A DNA stretch of 64,000 bases, taken from assembly GCA_964035545.1 (NCBI GenBank), contig OZ037765.1, positions 34,555,880-34,619,879 of the forward strand, in the 5' to 3' direction. A model generated the notes under the pieces. It made no database searches and was not told the DNA's origin. It was given only the letters and a program-made list of their open reading frames with translations. The position numbers and the translations under genes were made by a program. The first letter of the stretch is position 1, and each line of letters begins with the position of its first letter. This document shows positions 61,001 through 64,000 of the stretch, piece by piece. Source of the DNA: Bugula neritina. Taxonomy: Eukaryota > Animalia > Bryozoa.

Positions 61001-63484
61001 TTGAATGTGGTTTCAACTTGAAGGAGCATGTTTTTTGGCGAGGAGTGAAAGGCATCAAAGAAGTCGCTAGCAAACTGGGGAACAATAAAGCAGGGCTCCT
61101 TGGAATCAGCAGGTAAAGGACCATATAACAAACGGAAGGTTTGAAGCAAACACACAGCAACTTCTATATCTTCCAGACCAGTAAATGGTGTTTCTTGTTT
61201 AACCAGATGAGTGAGAAGACATTGCATCATCAAACCAGTCTCAGTGAAATGATTAACAAATCTCTCAAAGTCTTCTTTTTCAACAGGCATCCCATCCTCT
61301 GAAAAATATGGCTGGAACTTGTCAACTCTACTCTGCCATATGCTAGGATCATGATGATACAAGACACAGAGAAGTTTGGTAACTTCTGAAATTTTGTGGA
61401 ATATGTATGGGCGGAGAGAGCTGATATCTTTATACCACAAGACTTTGCCGCAGTCATGCATGTATGTGAGGATTATATCCAGCTGACTTGACTCCATGTG
61501 TTGATGTTCTGTTTGTACGTATTTCAGTATCTCATCAAAGGTACTGTACACAAAGGGAATAGACAGCACTTTTTTATTGACCTCCTCCCAGACCAGAGGT
61601 AAAGGTTTCACAAAATGTTGACTGCTTTGAAGAAGAGACTCTTTGATCTGGTCAAACACTTCATACTTATCATCTTTCCCCACCTCATAAATTTCCTCAC
61701 CAAGAAAGACTCCTTCAGTTGATTCACTAAAATGTTTGATTTGAGCAAATTCTCCACCCAATGCTTTCTCTTCTCTTATCATCTCCTCACACAGCTGATT
61801 GGAAGTTTCTATAAAGTTCTTTCGAAGCTTTTGAAATTCTGTACTTTGAAACTTATCTTTATGTGTGAAGATAAGTTTTGGAGCACCCAGAGTTGGGTTA
61901 GCCAGATAAAGGTGAGACATGTAATCAAAGGCTAATCTTCTAACAGCTTCTCTGTTTGTTGATTCATTTAAAATCTCATCATACTGTTCCATGTTGACTA
62001 CTATGACTGGAATGCAATTCTGTCTCAGTGTCAGTTGATAGGTGATATGGTAGACCTCCTGGCCTCCCATATCTATGACACGGAGTACTGTACCATCCAC
62101 CTCCACTTCTTCAACATTAAACACCTTTGTTGTCTCATCTCTCACAGCACCTGGCCCTCTGTTAGTCAAAACTCTCTTTCTGTCAGCATTCTGTAATGTT
62201 CTGATTAGACTGGTTTTTCCAGCCATCGTATTACCCAGCACAGCTATAGTAGCGAATGGTAGACTTCTACCAGCATCTTTAGCCAAATCTGTGTAGTATT
62301 GTCTCACAGCATCTACTCCTCTCTTACATATTTCTAGTGGAGGAGAGGTGAGAGCATCACAATAACCAACATCCAGCTTACAAAGTTGAGTTAGTTGTAA
62401 TATCTCAGGATCTAAGGATGTCAGGGAGTAGTTGGAGGATATATCCAGTTCTTGCAGACTACTCAGTGTGTACACAGGAGACGGTAAACTGGTGAACTTA
62501 TTCCAAGATACTACCAGTATAGATAGCTTCTGTAAACTCCGCATGCTATATTAGAGAGCATATTAAAAATATTACTTTTTTGTTGAAATTTAAAATCTTC
62601 AAGCCAAAGAATCCGTTACAATTGTATATAATTAAAATCTTCTGATACATATGAAACTTAGAAACTATTTCAAAAAAGCAAAGTCAAAAAGTTTCAGGAT
62701 TTGAACACATAAAAAGTAATTCAAGAAGCTAAAGCTTCAAGCAATATTGTGTACATCTATTCAAGTTAAGAGTTGCGGTCCGGATAGACACTAGACCCTA
62801 GAGTATTTACATTAGTATGTTGCACCAACTACCTGCGCACATTGAAACTTGGTATTTACAAATATTCTAGCTTTGTGGAAATAGATGTATGCATGTATAC
62901 TATGTATGCAGACAGTTGCTGAGTTACTGATGAGATATTATATATATTACAGTATCATTCTACGCTATAAAATTATTCACACCTGTTTGGTAGAGTTGAC
63001 AGTTCAGAGCTAATTATGTGCAACTCTCTCAATGATAGTAAGGATGTGAATATATTGTCAGGTAGACCTTCAGATAGCTTATTATATGATATATTCAATA
63101 CCTCAAGATTCTTCAGTGAAGATATGCTGTAACAAAATATACAGGTATGAAATATTTACATCATGAAGTTAAAATCCTTTAGAACTTGAAAAAGCCATCC
63201 AGTTGTATCAACAAAGAAGTTTCAAAAGAGATGAACCAACGTTCCTGTTTGGTAGAGTTGACAGTTTACAGTTGCTGAGTTACTGATGAGATATTATATA
63301 TATATTACAGTATTATTCTACACTACAATAAAATACACACCTGTTTGGTAGAGTTGGCAGTTTACATTGATTCATGTCCAACTCTCTCAATGATAGTAAG
63401 GATGTGAATATATTGTCAGGTAGACCTTCAGGTAGCTTATTATCTGATATATTCAATACCTCAAGATTCTTCAGTGAAGATATG
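58095..63484 (-). CDS. LRR-ROC-COR-caspase fusion gene, copy B (5' part outside the window)
   Basis: Exons 63484-63341, 63126-62983, 62545-60543, 60413-60321, 60039-59873, 59732-59532, 59252-59030, 58812-58612, 58450-58341, 58253-58095. Same phases and motifs as copy A (GNTMAGKT, DMGGQ, THKD, SHG, HACSG); frame open throughout. Confidence 0.92.
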
Positions 63485-64000
63485 CTGTAACAAAATATAA
63501 GTGTATTAACTTATGCATAATATAATATCATATCAATGCAGTGGTGAAACAATTTCAATAAACTAACTTCTTCTACTATCGATGGGAATCTTTATTGAAA
63601 TCAGACCATAGCTTTTCTCATTTTCCAATCTCAAACCTCTTTTAAAAAATACCTTGAATTACTTTCAGCAGTCTAGTATTATATTCCTTTCAGCCCTCAA
63701 CAGATGGATAAGGCAATGGATTAGAAAGGTGATGAAGATGTAAAGATTTCAACCCTCAACACGGCTGCTAAAGTCCAGAGCAGAAAAAAAGCATCAAGAT
63801 TGTCTAATAGAGACCATGTGAAGCTGAATGCATCACCTGATGAATGAAATAAGGCTACATCAAGAGGAGGAGAAGCCTTAGAGCGGCGGAGGAGAAGAAG
63901 TAACATTGATAGACTAGCAAAAGCTTGAAACAATTATACAAGCTTGAGAGAAAAAGTCTCAATGTTGAGAGGAAAAGCAGAATCACTCCAACAGACGACT

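Noticed and set aside
63690-64000. Purine-rich coding-looking segment at the right edge
   Set aside because: Stops interrupt the plus frames, no recognisable motif, and it is truncated by the window; likely decayed sequence in an intron of copy B.

Overview
AT-rich animal (invertebrate-type) genomic DNA with spliceosomal introns; not prokaryotic. Main result: two tandem minus-strand paralogues of a spliced gene that joins leucine-rich repeats, a ROC GTPase, a COR domain and a complete C-terminal caspase (p20+p10) in one reading frame, with no death-fold prodomain. Copy A (46489->1996) assembles by hand into 14 GT-AG exons with consistent phases (4095 nt, about 1364 aa) and begins with a putative N-myristoylation motif. 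Copy B (63484->58095) continues off the right edge of the window. The LRR region is built from 144-bp phase-2/phase-2 exon cassettes. Their substitutions concentrate on the predicted ligand-binding face, and they have diverged faster than the introns next to them. Together this suggests a one-protein sensor-switch-protease immune or cell-death receptor family under diversifying selection (inference). Between the two copies lies an NDC80/HEC1-like kinetochore gene (+ strand, about 565 aa); five consecutive introns each carry a different minisatellite, three of which duplicate a splice site. Copy A's introns hold about 33 kb of transposons: four Ty3/Gypsy elements with both LTRs, three solo LTRs and PIF/Harbinger-type elements, mostly in one 25-kb nested stack. 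Two of the Gypsy elements carry a conserved accessory C2H2-zinc-finger/coiled-coil ORF after pol. All exon models, alignments and difference counts are by eye; no database search was run.
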